From positions 23,912 through 87,911 of the forward strand of contig JAWXTF010000001.1 in assembly GCA_044433965.1 (NCBI GenBank): 64,000 nt of DNA, read 5' to 3'. The notes beneath the pieces are model-generated. The model was not told the DNA's origin and did no database searches. It saw only the letters and a list, made by a program, of their open reading frames with translations. A program made the translations under genes and the position numbers. This DNA comes from Rikenellaceae bacterium. GTDB lineage: Bacteria; Bacteroidota; Bacteroidia; Bacteroidales; Rikenellaceae. Below, piece by piece: positions 1-9,872 of the stretch. The first letter of the stretch is position 1; every line of letters starts with the position of its first letter.

Positions 1-1153
1 CACCCCCGAACAGGTGCGCGAGTTCTGGGCGGCTTACCCTCCTCAAACTTTCGATATGGGCAGAACAGCGAAGAAGCTTGCAGCATGGACTCGCCAGATG
101 GACTCCTCTCGCCCAGTCACTGCAAATCTTATCCTCCCCACATCGAGCATGGAGACTGACTACGCTAAGGCGTTGGATGTTATAGGATTTAGCTACAAAG
201 AGACAAAATACAAATACTTCAAGGAGAAGTACCCCAATGTTCCAATGATGGGTACCGAGAATGTCGCTCGTTGGTACGAGTGGAAAGCAGTTTTAGACAA
301 CCCTCACATCGCCGGTATCTTCCTTTGGACAGGTGTCGACTACCTGGGTGAGAAGCGCGCCAATAGCTGGCCCGAGAAGGCTACCGTACACGCTCCACTC
401 GACGTTGCTGCATTCCCACGCGGTTCATTCTACGCATTTAAATCCTACTGGTCGGAGGAGCCCGTGTTGGAGATATACACCCAAACCGAGGCACTTTCAA
501 CATTCAAGAAAGATGATAATGGAGTAGCCGTCGAGAAGAAGAAGGGTGCTTGGAAACTCGCACCACGTCCATGGCAAAATGTAAATCCATACTGGAACTA
601 CACCGAGGGCGAGGCAACAATCGTCGAGGTATACTCCAACTGCGAGACTGTAGAGCTATTCCAAGATGGTAAGTCGTTGGGTGTTCAGAAGTTAGCCGAC
701 CAAGATGATAGAATCTTCAAGTGGGCAGTAGATTACAAAGATGGCAAGATCGAGGCGCGCGGCGTCAAGGATGGAAAGAAGCAGACCACAATCATGGAGA
801 CACTTGGCGAAGCTACAGCAATCGCACTCACTGCCGACCGCACATCACTCTCGGCAAACAACACCGATGTACTCCACGTAGTGGCTCAGTTGGTCGATAA
901 ACGTGGTCGCGCAATCAAAAACCAAGATGCCGAGGTGACATTCTCTATCGAGGGAGAGCACCGCTTCTTGGGCACCGACTGCGGTGACAGTGGCAAATAT
1001 GAGACCTTCAGAAGCCACACCATCGAAACCTCTCTTGGTCGCTGCCTACTTGCCGTGCAAGCTACCAAAAAAGCTGGCACAATAACAGTTACAGCGCGCG
1101 ACAAGAGCGGCAACCTTATCTCTCAAGAGAGCGTCATAGTAAATGTAAAATAA
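1..1153 (+). CDS. Glycoside hydrolase family 2 (beta-galactosidase-like), C-terminal part; 5' truncated by window edge
   Basis: The frame is open from the window start. It has GH2 TIM-barrel end motifs (DVIGFSY, MGTEN, GIFLWTGVDYLGE) followed by DUF4982-like (VEVYSNCETVELF) and C-terminal Ig-like segments. Confidence 0.85.
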   Translation, partial: TPEQVREFWAAYPPQTFDMGRTAKKLAAWTRQMDSSRPVTANLILPTSSMETDYAKALDVIGFSYKETKYKYFKEKYPNVPMMGTENVARWYEWKAVLDNPHIAGIFLWTGVDYLGEKRANSWPEKATVHAPLDVAAFPRGSFYAFKSYWSEEPVLEIYTQTEALSTFKKDDNGVAVEKKKGAWKLAPRPWQNVNPYWNYTEGEATIVEVYSNCETVELFQDGKSLGVQKLADQDDRIFKWAVDYKDGKIEARGVKDGKKQTTIMETLGEATAIALTADRTSLSANNTDVLHVVAQLVDKRGRAIKNQDAEVTFSIEGEHRFLGTDCGDSGKYETFRSHTIETSLGRCLLAVQATKKAGTITVTARDKSGNLISQESVIVNVK

Positions 1154-1164
1154 CCTAAATCAGT

Positions 1165-2748
1165 ATGAAACCAACTTACATCATGCCAACATTGGCTGCT
1201 GCAACATCCCTGGTGGGATGTTGCACAGCCGAAAAGGCTGCCGAAGAGCGCCCCAATCTCCTTATTATCCAAACCGACGAGCAGTGCTTCAGAACTCTTG
1301 GCTGCTACCGCTCGCTTCTACCTGAGTCACACGCCTACATCTGGGGTCCAGAGGCTAAGGTGGAGACCCCCAATATTGACCGCATAGCTGCCGAGGGAGT
1401 CCTCTGTAGCAACTTCTATGCAGCAAGCCCCGTAAGCACACCCTCGCGCGCCTCATTCCAAACAGGACTCTATCCTATCGCTGCTGGCGCTCCAATCAAT
1501 GGCATGGCGATGGATGCCAACCTCGAAACTTTTGCCGAGGTCCTGCGCCAAGAGGGCTACCAAACTGGCTATGTAGGTAAGTGGCACCTGGCAGGAACAC
1601 CTCATGTGAGCAAGCTCTACATCAGCCCCGGCTACGACTTCGGTTATATGGATCGTAGCTATGTCTTTGAGACTAACCACAGTAAGTGGTACAAGATTGT
1701 TGGAGAGCCCAACGAGATAGTGGCAAGCAACAAAACACCCGAGGTGGTTGACCCCTCAATGTATAGCACCGACTTCCTCACTGATAGATGTCTTGAGATG
1801 TTGGAGCGTAGCAAAGATCAACCATTCTGTGTGATGCTCTCAATTCCAGACCCCCACTCGCCAAATATTGGTCGTGAGCCCTACAAGTCAATGTTCAGCA
1901 AGATGAAGATAGAGCGCCCAGCGACAATGGACGAAGAGTTGGTCGCATCACGCCCTGCATGGGCTGTGGGTGGCAAGAACGAGTCTAAGGAGTTCAACCC
2001 CAAGGAGGTACGCGAATACTTCGCAATGGTTAAGTGTATCGACGACAATGTAGGTCGCATACTCGATTACCTCGATGAGAATAACCTTGCCGAGAATACA
2101 ATCGTAGTCTTCACCTCGGACCATGGCGACATGATGTATGACCACCACAAGATGGATAAGGGTAACCCCTATGAGGGAGCTGCCAAGATTCCATTTGTGA
2201 TGCGCTACCCACAAAAGATCGAAGCTGGCAAGATTGTCAACAAGAGCTACACCACAAATGATTTTGCCCCAACAATATTGGGCATGATCGGCGCACGCCA
2301 AATCGATGGTGAGCAGCACGGAATAAACGACGCTGAACTCTTCTACAACAACGAGATGGAGGTGAACTCAGACCGCATAGTCTACCTAACCGACTCTCCA
2401 TTCAATGTATGGACAGCCGCTATCGATGGTCGCTACAAGCTCGTTCTATCGTGCCGCGATACCCCTTGGCTATTCGACTTAGAGAAAGATCCAGCCGAAA
2501 ATATCAACTTCTACAACGACCCAGAGTACCAGGAGATAGCCCAAAAGCTCCAAAAAGAGCTTCTACACCAGATGGAAATATACCGCGAACCAGCTCTGGA
2601 TCTCGGCTTCAAATACCTACTAAGCAACGACGACACAACAGATTACGTCTCACCATATGAAGGAATGGAGCTCAAAGAGATCGTCAAAGCCGAAAAAGCA
2701 ACCCTCGAAGCCGCTATCCACGCCATCCACGAGAAATGCTATAATTAA
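1165..2748 (+). CDS. Ser-type formylglycine sulfatase (S1 family), lipoprotein
   Basis: Motifs RPNLLIIQTDEQ, catalytic S-T-P-S-R, GKWHL and FTSDHG; lipobox-like LVGC. Confidence 0.92.
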   Translation: MKPTYIMPTLAAATSLVGCCTAEKAAEERPNLLIIQTDEQCFRTLGCYRSLLPESHAYIWGPEAKVETPNIDRIAAEGVLCSNFYAASPVSTPSRASFQTGLYPIAAGAPINGMAMDANLETFAEVLRQEGYQTGYVGKWHLAGTPHVSKLYISPGYDFGYMDRSYVFETNHSKWYKIVGEPNEIVASNKTPEVVDPSMYSTDFLTDRCLEMLERSKDQPFCVMLSIPDPHSPNIGREPYKSMFSKMKIERPATMDEELVASRPAWAVGGKNESKEFNPKEVREYFAMVKCIDDNVGRILDYLDENNLAENTIVVFTSDHGDMMYDHHKMDKGNPYEGAAKIPFVMRYPQKIEAGKIVNKSYTTNDFAPTILGMIGARQIDGEQHGINDAELFYNNEMEVNSDRIVYLTDSPFNVWTAAIDGRYKLVLSCRDTPWLFDLEKDPAENINFYNDPEYQEIAQKLQKELLHQMEIYREPALDLGFKYLLSNDDTTDYVSPYEGMELKEIVKAEKATLEAAIHAIHEKCYN

Positions 2749-2791
2749 AGTCCCAGAAAGCCCCCAGAAAGCCCCCAGAAGAGCATTCACC

Positions 2792-3334
2792 CTACCAGCC
2801 ACACAGCTGCTCCAAGAGTGTCTCAGCCAAAGCTTCGCACGCCTCCTCTACTTTCCATTTTGAGAAAGGTTCGCCGACAAGGTTTGATATTGCTCGAATA
2901 TGTATATACTCGATATTTGCGCGGCTGCATAGAGCACCAAACGCTGCTCCCTCCATATCCTCTATTTGGCTTATAGGTGTTGTAGTAGACTCCAATGAGC
3001 TATTGACACTATTGAGCGTCACCTGTCGGAGAGTTGTTGAGGGGGTATTGCGGTATATCTTTGAAAATTTTTGGGGAAGAGCTTCAATCTGAGCCTCAGT
3101 CACCTCGACCACTTCGCACAGGGCGACATCGCAGAGAGAGTAGCTACCCGCTATGCCCGCGAGCACGACGATCTTAGGTTCGCCCGACTCCTTTATCTGG
3201 GCAACAATCAGAGCTGTTGTTGCAGCACACTCGGCAGCACCCACGCCACAAATCACTATTGTGGCGTGGGGAGCAGCCAATCGAAATGGTTGCGCCTCAA
3301 GCTCCGTGGCAAAAAGAAATATCATTTGGCGCAT
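2792..3334 (-). CDS. mqnB: Futalosine hydrolase / PNP-UDP phosphorylase-family nucleosidase
   Basis: Motifs ICGVG, VLAGIAGSY, EDMEGAAF and IRAISNLVG. Confidence 0.75.
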   Translation of the reverse strand: MRQMIFLFATELEAQPFRLAAPHATIVICGVGAAECAATTALIVAQIKESGEPKIVVLAGIAGSYSLCDVALCEVVEVTEAQIEALPQKFSKIYRNTPSTTLRQVTLNSVNSSLESTTTPISQIEDMEGAAFGALCSRANIEYIHIRAISNLVGEPFSKWKVEEACEALAETLLEQLCGW

Positions 3335-3344
3335 GTGCAGAGCT

Positions 3345-4736
3345 CTATCGAGCCATAAAGTTCTCTATCTCGTCGATAGATGAAGGTATCTTCTTGTCAC
3401 CCCCCATCACATAGTTACCACTCTCGGTGATAACAAGATCATCCTCGATACGTATTCCACCAAAGTCGCGTAAGCTATCGAGTTTGTCGTAGTTTACAAT
3501 GCCGCTGTAGAGACCATTAGCACGCGATTGGTCGATAAGTGCGGGTATAAAGTAGAGACCAGGTTCATCCGTAAGTACTGTTCCTGGGCGTAGCATCCAA
3601 TTTTTGCGATAGATACATGTTGCTGAGGCTGCCGTGCGCTCCTCGAACTCCGAGAAGTCGAAGCTACGTTCGCCAAATGCCTCACAGTCATGAACATCCA
3701 TACCTAAGCCGTGACCCAAACCATGTGGCATAAAGAGGGTCATTGCACCCGCCTCGATGATGGTGTCGACCGAGCCACTAAGCAGCCCTAAGCCTTTGAG
3801 CCCCTCCGCCATCACACGATATGATGCCAAGTGGAGGTCGTTGTATTGCATTGGGCGAGCGATATCGATCACATGGTCGTGTGCCGCCAAGACTATACTA
3901 TATATGTCGCGTTGCAGTGGTGAGAATTTACCACTTACAGGGTATGTGCGGGTGTGGTCAGAGCAATAACCGTCAAGGTTCTCACCGCCAGCATCGCATA
4001 GGAAGAGGCGACCGTTCTCCAATATTCCATCTTGGTTGATGTTGTGGAGTGTCTCGCCATGCTGTGAGCATATTGAGGGGAACGAAACTCCTTGACCCAT
4101 GCTACGTGCAACTCCTTCGAGGGCACCGGCAATCTCGCGCTCGCAGACTCCCTCACGGCACATCGACATCGCTGTGGTGTGCATAGTGTAGCCAATCTCA
4201 AATGCATTTTGCATTGAGGCGATCTCCTCCTCCGATTTCGTCTCGCGCATCTCCGCCACTGCAAATATCAAGTCTGCCGCTTTGTAGGAGTGCAACATTG
4301 AGGGATCAATACCCAACAAATCAGATAGTTGCAACTTCGTCTCGCCACGATAAGGAGGCAGATAGTGCACCCTACGACCAGCACGTACCGCGCGGCGAAC
4401 AACCTCAGTGAGGGAGGAAGAAGGGTAGGTCTGGCTCACACCTACACTCGCACCAAGCTCACGCAATGTGGGCTGAGGTCCCATCCATATTATATCATCT
4501 ACGGTGTAGTCGTCACCAAAAAGCATCTCCTCGCCCGACTCAACATCGATCACTGCAAAGAGCGACGGGATGTCGAGACCAAAGAGGTAACGAAATGTTG
4601 CATCTTGGCGAAAGTAGTATGCGTTATTGGGGTAGCTATTAGGCGAAAGGAAGTTACCTGGAATTAGAATTAAACCGCTGCCAATCTTTGCTTTGAGTGT
4701 GGCACGACGCTCTACGAAACTTTGAAGTGAAATCAT
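3345..4736 (-). CDS. pepP: Xaa-Pro aminopeptidase (M24B)
   Basis: N-terminal FRQDATFRYLFG; metal-binding DAG, SDHTRT, HGLGHGLGMDVHD, EPGLYF and GGIRIEDD. Confidence 0.9.
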   Translation of the reverse strand: MISLQSFVERRATLKAKIGSGLILIPGNFLSPNSYPNNAYYFRQDATFRYLFGLDIPSLFAVIDVESGEEMLFGDDYTVDDIIWMGPQPTLRELGASVGVSQTYPSSSLTEVVRRAVRAGRRVHYLPPYRGETKLQLSDLLGIDPSMLHSYKAADLIFAVAEMRETKSEEEIASMQNAFEIGYTMHTTAMSMCREGVCEREIAGALEGVARSMGQGVSFPSICSQHGETLHNINQDGILENGRLFLCDAGGENLDGYCSDHTRTYPVSGKFSPLQRDIYSIVLAAHDHVIDIARPMQYNDLHLASYRVMAEGLKGLGLLSGSVDTIIEAGAMTLFMPHGLGHGLGMDVHDCEAFGERSFDFSEFEERTAASATCIYRKNWMLRPGTVLTDEPGLYFIPALIDQSRANGLYSGIVNYDKLDSLRDFGGIRIEDDLVITESGNYVMGGDKKIPSSIDEIENFMAR

Positions 4737-4763
4737 AACCGTATACGTTTTTAAATTTTTATT

Positions 4764-6020
4764 TTATTGGTAGTCAGCCTCTTGAGCAGCTACCATTTTA
4801 TATAGTTTGTCGCCTCGACGAACTAAACCATCTGTTTTAATCGAACAATATTTACCTTGGTCGATGCTCTCGACGATCTTCTCCTCGAACATTATATCGC
4901 CCACAGTGTGTTCCAACACACCAGTGGTCTCGCCCAAGAAGAGTGCGGTGTCACCCTTGGTGAGTGGCGAAGCTTCGATCAACACCTCGGCTACCGAAAG
5001 CTTCTTAAAAAAGTTGGTCACCTTACCCACATACACCTTGCGTTCTGTTGCCGACGAGCCGTGTCGTTGAGTCTGCTCAGCTACGGGTTTCCCAGCGTAG
5101 TAACCTCCCCAGAAGCCACGATTAAAGACTGTCGAAAGACGCTCAACAAGTGGTGCGACGCTCTCCTCGGTAAATTCACCTTGCTCAATTAGGCGCAAAG
5201 CGGTATCGTAGGATTCAATAACTCGCTTAACATATTCGCCACCACGTGCGCGCCCCTCGATCTTAAGAACTTTGACTCCTGCCCCAATAAATTTATCGAG
5301 GAACTCTATGGTACACAGATCCTTAGGCGAAAGAATATATTGACCATTCATATCGAGCATCTCGCCCGTTTGGGTATCTTGAATCGTATATTTACGACGG
5401 CATATCTGGCGACAAGCACCACGATTTGCCGAACAATCAGTTTCGTGGAGACTCAAATAGCACTTTCCCGAAATCGACATGCAGAGAGCACCATGAGCAA
5501 ACATCTCGATCTCGACAAGCTCGCCACGAGGTCCACGAATATCTTGCTCCACGATGTCTCGGCTGATGGCAGCAATCTGCGCAAGCGAGAGCTCACGTGC
5601 CAAAACCACCACATCGGCCCATTGAGAGTAGAGCTTCACCGCCTCAGTATTGGCAATATTGCACTGGGTCGAGATATGCACTTCGACCCCCACGCTACGA
5701 GCGTAGAGAATAGCTGCAAAATCGGCAGCAATAATAGCGTCGATACCCTCTACCTTAGCTCGGTCGATGATTTGGCGCATCACCTCGGTCTCGCCACTAT
5801 AGATTGCGATATTTACCGTGAGGTAGCTCTTAATCGAGTTCTCCTTACAGATTCCAACGATCTTCGCAAGATCATCGAGAGTGAAGTTTGCAGCCGACTT
5901 AGCCCGCATATTGAGCTGCTCCACTCCAAAGTAGACTGAGTTGGCACCAGCAGCAATTGCAGCGTGCAGCGATTCATAGGAGCCCACAGGCGCCATTATC
6001 TCTATTTCTGATCTTTTCAT
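4764..6020 (-). CDS. U32 family Fe-S protein (TrhP-like RNA hydroxylase family)
   Basis: EIMAPVG start; Cys cluster HGALCMSISGKC...NRGACRQICR; SPKDL; KIEGR; C-terminal beta-barrel. Confidence 0.85.
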   Translation of the reverse strand: MKRSEIEIMAPVGSYESLHAAIAAGANSVYFGVEQLNMRAKSAANFTLDDLAKIVGICKENSIKSYLTVNIAIYSGETEVMRQIIDRAKVEGIDAIIAADFAAILYARSVGVEVHISTQCNIANTEAVKLYSQWADVVVLARELSLAQIAAISRDIVEQDIRGPRGELVEIEMFAHGALCMSISGKCYLSLHETDCSANRGACRQICRRKYTIQDTQTGEMLDMNGQYILSPKDLCTIEFLDKFIGAGVKVLKIEGRARGGEYVKRVIESYDTALRLIEQGEFTEESVAPLVERLSTVFNRGFWGGYYAGKPVAEQTQRHGSSATERKVYVGKVTNFFKKLSVAEVLIEASPLTKGDTALFLGETTGVLEHTVGDIMFEEKIVESIDQGKYCSIKTDGLVRRGDKLYKMVAAQEADYQ

Positions 6021-6023
6021 TTA

Positions 6024-6995
6024 CTATTTTTTGCGGTTAAGTAGACCCTCGACAAATTGGTGCAAATTGGCTTTACGCTCATCCTCTACCTCCAGAGAGG
6101 AGAGCAGATATAGAGCCTTGTCGAAGCGGTTATTGATCTGCTGCTCTGCGTAGTGCGGTATATCTAACAGGTCATACAGAGCCTTGATCTTGGCAATCTT
6201 CTCGTCGGGGCTAAGCGTTGTGTCGAGATGTGTTGAGCGCAATATCTCGCGCTGCTCCTCGGTGGATCTACTCATGGCGCTATTCATCAAGAATGTCTGC
6301 TTACCCTCCAATATATCGCCACCTATCGCCTTACCAAGCTGCTCGTCACCATAGGAGTCTAAGAGATCATCTTGGAGCTGAAATGCAATTCCCACCTCTG
6401 TGGCAAAGCGTTTGAGTATCTTGCACTGCTCGGCAGTGCCACCACCCATTATCGCACCAATTGCCGCTGAGCTACCCAGCAGAACCGATGTTTTGAGCTC
6501 CACCATGCGGATATACTCCACCATTGAGACCTTGGTTCGTATCTCATAATCCATATCATATTGCTGCCCCTCGCACACCTCGGCAGCCATCGTGTTAAAC
6601 TCGCGGAGAACATGCGGCAGTGTTGCTACGGGACTCTCAGCGAGAAGCTTATATGCCAAAATCATCATCACGTCTCCCGACAAAATCGCAACATTCTGAT
6701 CCCACTTAACATGCACCGAAGGCTTGCCTCGACGCACCTCAGCGTTGTCCATTATATCATCGTGGAGCAGCGTAAAGTTGTGGAATACTTCGACCGCAGC
6801 GGCAGCAGGCAACGCTTGCTGTAAGTTATTGTCGAACAACGAGTAACAAAGTAGAACCAACATCGGACGTATACGCTTTCCACCCGACGAGAGCGAGTAA
6901 CTGATGGGTGCGTAGAGGCGTTCTGGTTCGGTAGGCAACTCCAATTGCGCTAAGTAATTTTCGATTAAGTCGAGTAGATGTTCGTTGGATTTCAT
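6024..6995 (-). CDS. Polyprenyl diphosphate synthase
   Basis: Motifs GGKRIRP, LHDDIMD..RRGK, EGQQYDM and FQLQDDLLD. The ATG at 6995 (MKSNEH) is preferred over the longer track start. Confidence 0.92.
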   Translation of the reverse strand: MKSNEHLLDLIENYLAQLELPTEPERLYAPISYSLSSGGKRIRPMLVLLCYSLFDNNLQQALPAAAAVEVFHNFTLLHDDIMDNAEVRRGKPSVHVKWDQNVAILSGDVMMILAYKLLAESPVATLPHVLREFNTMAAEVCEGQQYDMDYEIRTKVSMVEYIRMVELKTSVLLGSSAAIGAIMGGGTAEQCKILKRFATEVGIAFQLQDDLLDSYGDEQLGKAIGGDILEGKQTFLMNSAMSRSTEEQREILRSTHLDTTLSPDEKIAKIKALYDLLDIPHYAEQQINNRFDKALYLLSSLEVEDERKANLHQFVEGLLNRKK

Positions 6996-7096
6996 AAATT
7001 CAAATGTTTTAGCGACCAAAATTAATAAAAAACTTTGTATAAAAAGAATTTTATAGTAACTTTGGTAGGTAAAAACCATTTATTAAAAACTGACTT

Positions 7097-8104
7097 ATGA
7101 AAAAATTATCGTTTGGAATCGACATCGGAGGAATCAACACCGCAATAGGACTTGTTGACCAAGAGGGTGAGATCTATGCAGAGGGAGGAATCAAAACCGC
7201 CGACTTCCCACGCTTCGACGACTACCCACAATACATCGCAACACTCACAGCAGCAATGCATCAACTGCTCAAACAACTTGACTTCAAATACGAATTAATA
7301 GGTGTTGGAATTGGAGCCCCCAATGCAAGCTTCCACTCAGGCTGCATCGAGCAACCTGCCAACCTATGGAAGTATCAAGCAAACAACGTAGGACTCAACG
7401 AGGAGGCTCGTATCTTCAACATCGTGGAGGATCTTCGCAAAGAGTTCCCCTCTGCAACCCACGTAGCAGTAACCAACGATGCCAATGCTGCAACAATTGG
7501 CGAGATGATATTTGGTAATGCTAAGGGAATGAGAGATTTCGTAATGATTACCCTCGGCACAGGTCTGGGCTCAGGCTTCGTCTCAAATGGCGAGATGATC
7601 TATGGTCACGATGGATTTGCTGGCGAGTTTGGTCACGTGACAGTCGAGCGCGGTGGTCGCACCTGCGGATGTGGTCGCAAGGGTTGTTTGGAGACCTACG
7701 TCTCTGCTACAGGAATCAAGCGCACAGCATTCGAGTTGATGGCTACCACAAACATACCCAGCGAATTGCGCAACATACCATTCAAGGAGTTCGACGCCCT
7801 CGACATCTCGAAGGCAGCCAAGAACAACGACCCTCTGGCACTCGAAATTTTCCGCTACACAGGTGAAGTATTGGGTCGTGCCCTTGCCGACGTCTGCACC
7901 ATCACCTCACCCGAAGCTATAATCCTATTCGGAGGCTTGGCTAAGGCTGGCGAGCTGCTCTTCGTACCTACTAAACGATACATGGAGGAGAATATGCTCT
8001 TCACCTTCCGCAACAAAGTTATGCTACTACCAAGCGGAATCCAAGATAAAAACACTGCCGTAATTGGCGCCTCAGCACTTGTTTGGCAAATGTACAATGA
8101 GTAA
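7097..8104 (+). CDS. ROK family sugar kinase (glucokinase-like)
   Basis: Motifs GIDIGG, NDANAA, TLGTGLGSG and GEFGH...CGCGRKGCLE. Confidence 0.92.
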   Translation: MKKLSFGIDIGGINTAIGLVDQEGEIYAEGGIKTADFPRFDDYPQYIATLTAAMHQLLKQLDFKYELIGVGIGAPNASFHSGCIEQPANLWKYQANNVGLNEEARIFNIVEDLRKEFPSATHVAVTNDANAATIGEMIFGNAKGMRDFVMITLGTGLGSGFVSNGEMIYGHDGFAGEFGHVTVERGGRTCGCGRKGCLETYVSATGIKRTAFELMATTNIPSELRNIPFKEFDALDISKAAKNNDPLALEIFRYTGEVLGRALADVCTITSPEAIILFGGLAKAGELLFVPTKRYMEENMLFTFRNKVMLLPSGIQDKNTAVIGASALVWQMYNE

Positions 8105-8140
8105 TTCATAATTCATAATTCATAATCCCCTCCCTTTTCA

Positions 8141-9841
8141 ATGCAAAAAAGAGTAATAGAGTGCGTCCCCAATTTCAGTGAGGGGCGCGACATGAATATA
8201 ATCAACCAGATCACATCGGTTATAGCCTCATCAGAGGGGGTAAAGCTTCTCGACGTCGACCCCGGTGAAGCGACAAATCGCACCGTAGTCACCTTTGTGG
8301 GTGAGGCGGAGGCTGTTGTCGAGGCAGTATTCTGGGCTGTCAAGAAGGCGAGCGAGCTTATCGACATGCGCCACCACAAGGGGGCTCACCCCCGTCTGGG
8401 TGCCACCGACGTATTGCCACTCATCCCAATCTCGGGCATCACTCTCGAAGAGTGTGCAGCCCTTGCTCGTGCCCTCGCCGAGAGGATAGCTACCGAGCTA
8501 CAGATCCCCACATATTGCTACGAGGCAGCAGCCTTCAAGCCCGAACGACGCAACTTAGCAGTTTGCCGCAAAGGCGAGTACGAAGCCCTGCCTCAAAGAG
8601 TAGCCGACAGCGCCGAGGCACCCGACTTTGGAGCTCGACCATTCGACGAGGCTATGGCTCGCTCGGGAGCAATCAATGTGGGTGCCCGCGACTTCCTTAT
8701 TGCCGTAAACTTCAACCTCAATACCACATCTACACGCCGCGCCAATGCCGTGGCGTTCGACATCCGTGAGAAGGGTCGCCCCATGCGTGAGGGTGGTTCG
8801 GTGGTGGGCAAGCCTCTCAAAGATGAGGCGGGCAACACCATTATGATACCTGGAACACTCAAGTCATGTAAGGCTATTGGCTGGTTTATAGAGGAGTATG
8901 GCATAGCTCAAGTCTCGGTGAACCTCACCAATATAGCTGTTACACCTCTTCACGTAGCATTCGACGAGGTGTGCCGTGCAGCTCACGAGCGAGGCTTGCG
9001 AGTAACAGGAACCGAGATCGTTGGACTCACACCACGCCGCGCACTCCTGGAGGCTGGTCGCCACTACCTCGCCAAGCAACAACGCTCATGCGGAATTAGC
9101 GACAATGAGATAATCCGCATAGCGATAAAATCGATGGGACTCGACGATCTAAAGCCATTTATACCCAGCGAGAAGATAATAGAAGAGCTCTTAGAGAGCG
9201 ACAACGGCAACCAAAAGCTTATCGACATGAGCTGCAAAGGCTTTGCCACAGAGACCGCAAGCGAGTCACCAGCCCCTGGTGGAGGCTCCATATCCGCATA
9301 TATGGGCGCCCTCGGTGCCGCCTTAGCTACTATGGTTGCTAACCTCTCGTCACACAAAGCTGGTTGGGATAGCCGCTGGGCTGAGTTCTCAGCCGTGGCA
9401 GAGCGCGGTCAAGCAATAATGGCAGAGCTACTCCACTTAGTCGACGAAGATACTGCCGCCTTCAATGCAATAATGGCAACATTCGCAATGCCAAAATCAA
9501 CCGACCAGGAGAAGGCAGCACGCGCCAAAGCACTCGAAGCTGCAACACTCTACGCAACAGAGGTTCCCCTTCGCACAATGCGCGCTTCACTTTCGGCATT
9601 CGAACTTGCCGAGACTATGGCAGCTGAGGGCAACCCCAACTCCATATCAGATGCAGGTGTAGGAGCCTTAGCTCTCCGCAGCGCCGTGATGGGCGCCGCA
9701 CTCAACGTAAGAATAAACGCCGCAGGACTCAAGGATAAAACCGCAGCCGAAAAATTTGTAACCGAAGCAACCCAGTTAGTTGCTGAAGCCCAAAAAGCTG
9801 AAAACAAAATTCTCGAAATTGTCAATACAAAATTGAACTAA
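8141..9841 (+). CDS. ftcD: Fused glutamate formimidoyltransferase / formiminotetrahydrofolate cyclodeaminase
   Basis: Starts ECVPNFSEGRD and has HKGAHPRLGATD; the C-terminal cyclodeaminase domain has SPAPGGGS and GNPNSISDAGVG. Confidence 0.93.
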   Translation: MQKRVIECVPNFSEGRDMNIINQITSVIASSEGVKLLDVDPGEATNRTVVTFVGEAEAVVEAVFWAVKKASELIDMRHHKGAHPRLGATDVLPLIPISGITLEECAALARALAERIATELQIPTYCYEAAAFKPERRNLAVCRKGEYEALPQRVADSAEAPDFGARPFDEAMARSGAINVGARDFLIAVNFNLNTTSTRRANAVAFDIREKGRPMREGGSVVGKPLKDEAGNTIMIPGTLKSCKAIGWFIEEYGIAQVSVNLTNIAVTPLHVAFDEVCRAAHERGLRVTGTEIVGLTPRRALLEAGRHYLAKQQRSCGISDNEIIRIAIKSMGLDDLKPFIPSEKIIEELLESDNGNQKLIDMSCKGFATETASESPAPGGGSISAYMGALGAALATMVANLSSHKAGWDSRWAEFSAVAERGQAIMAELLHLVDEDTAAFNAIMATFAMPKSTDQEKAARAKALEAATLYATEVPLRTMRASLSAFELAETMAAEGNPNSISDAGVGALALRSAVMGAALNVRINAAGLKDKTAAEKFVTEATQLVAEAQKAENKILEIVNTKLN

Positions 9842-9872
9842 TCTTGGGCGCCTGCTGTTGACCCTGGTGCAC

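Noticed and set aside
6996-7079. Longer track starts for the polyprenyl synthase (7079), the small lipoprotein (32388), rnhB (49096) and hutI (58057)
   Set aside because: The extensions run into promoter regions or upstream genes, and downstream ATGs give typical N-termini.
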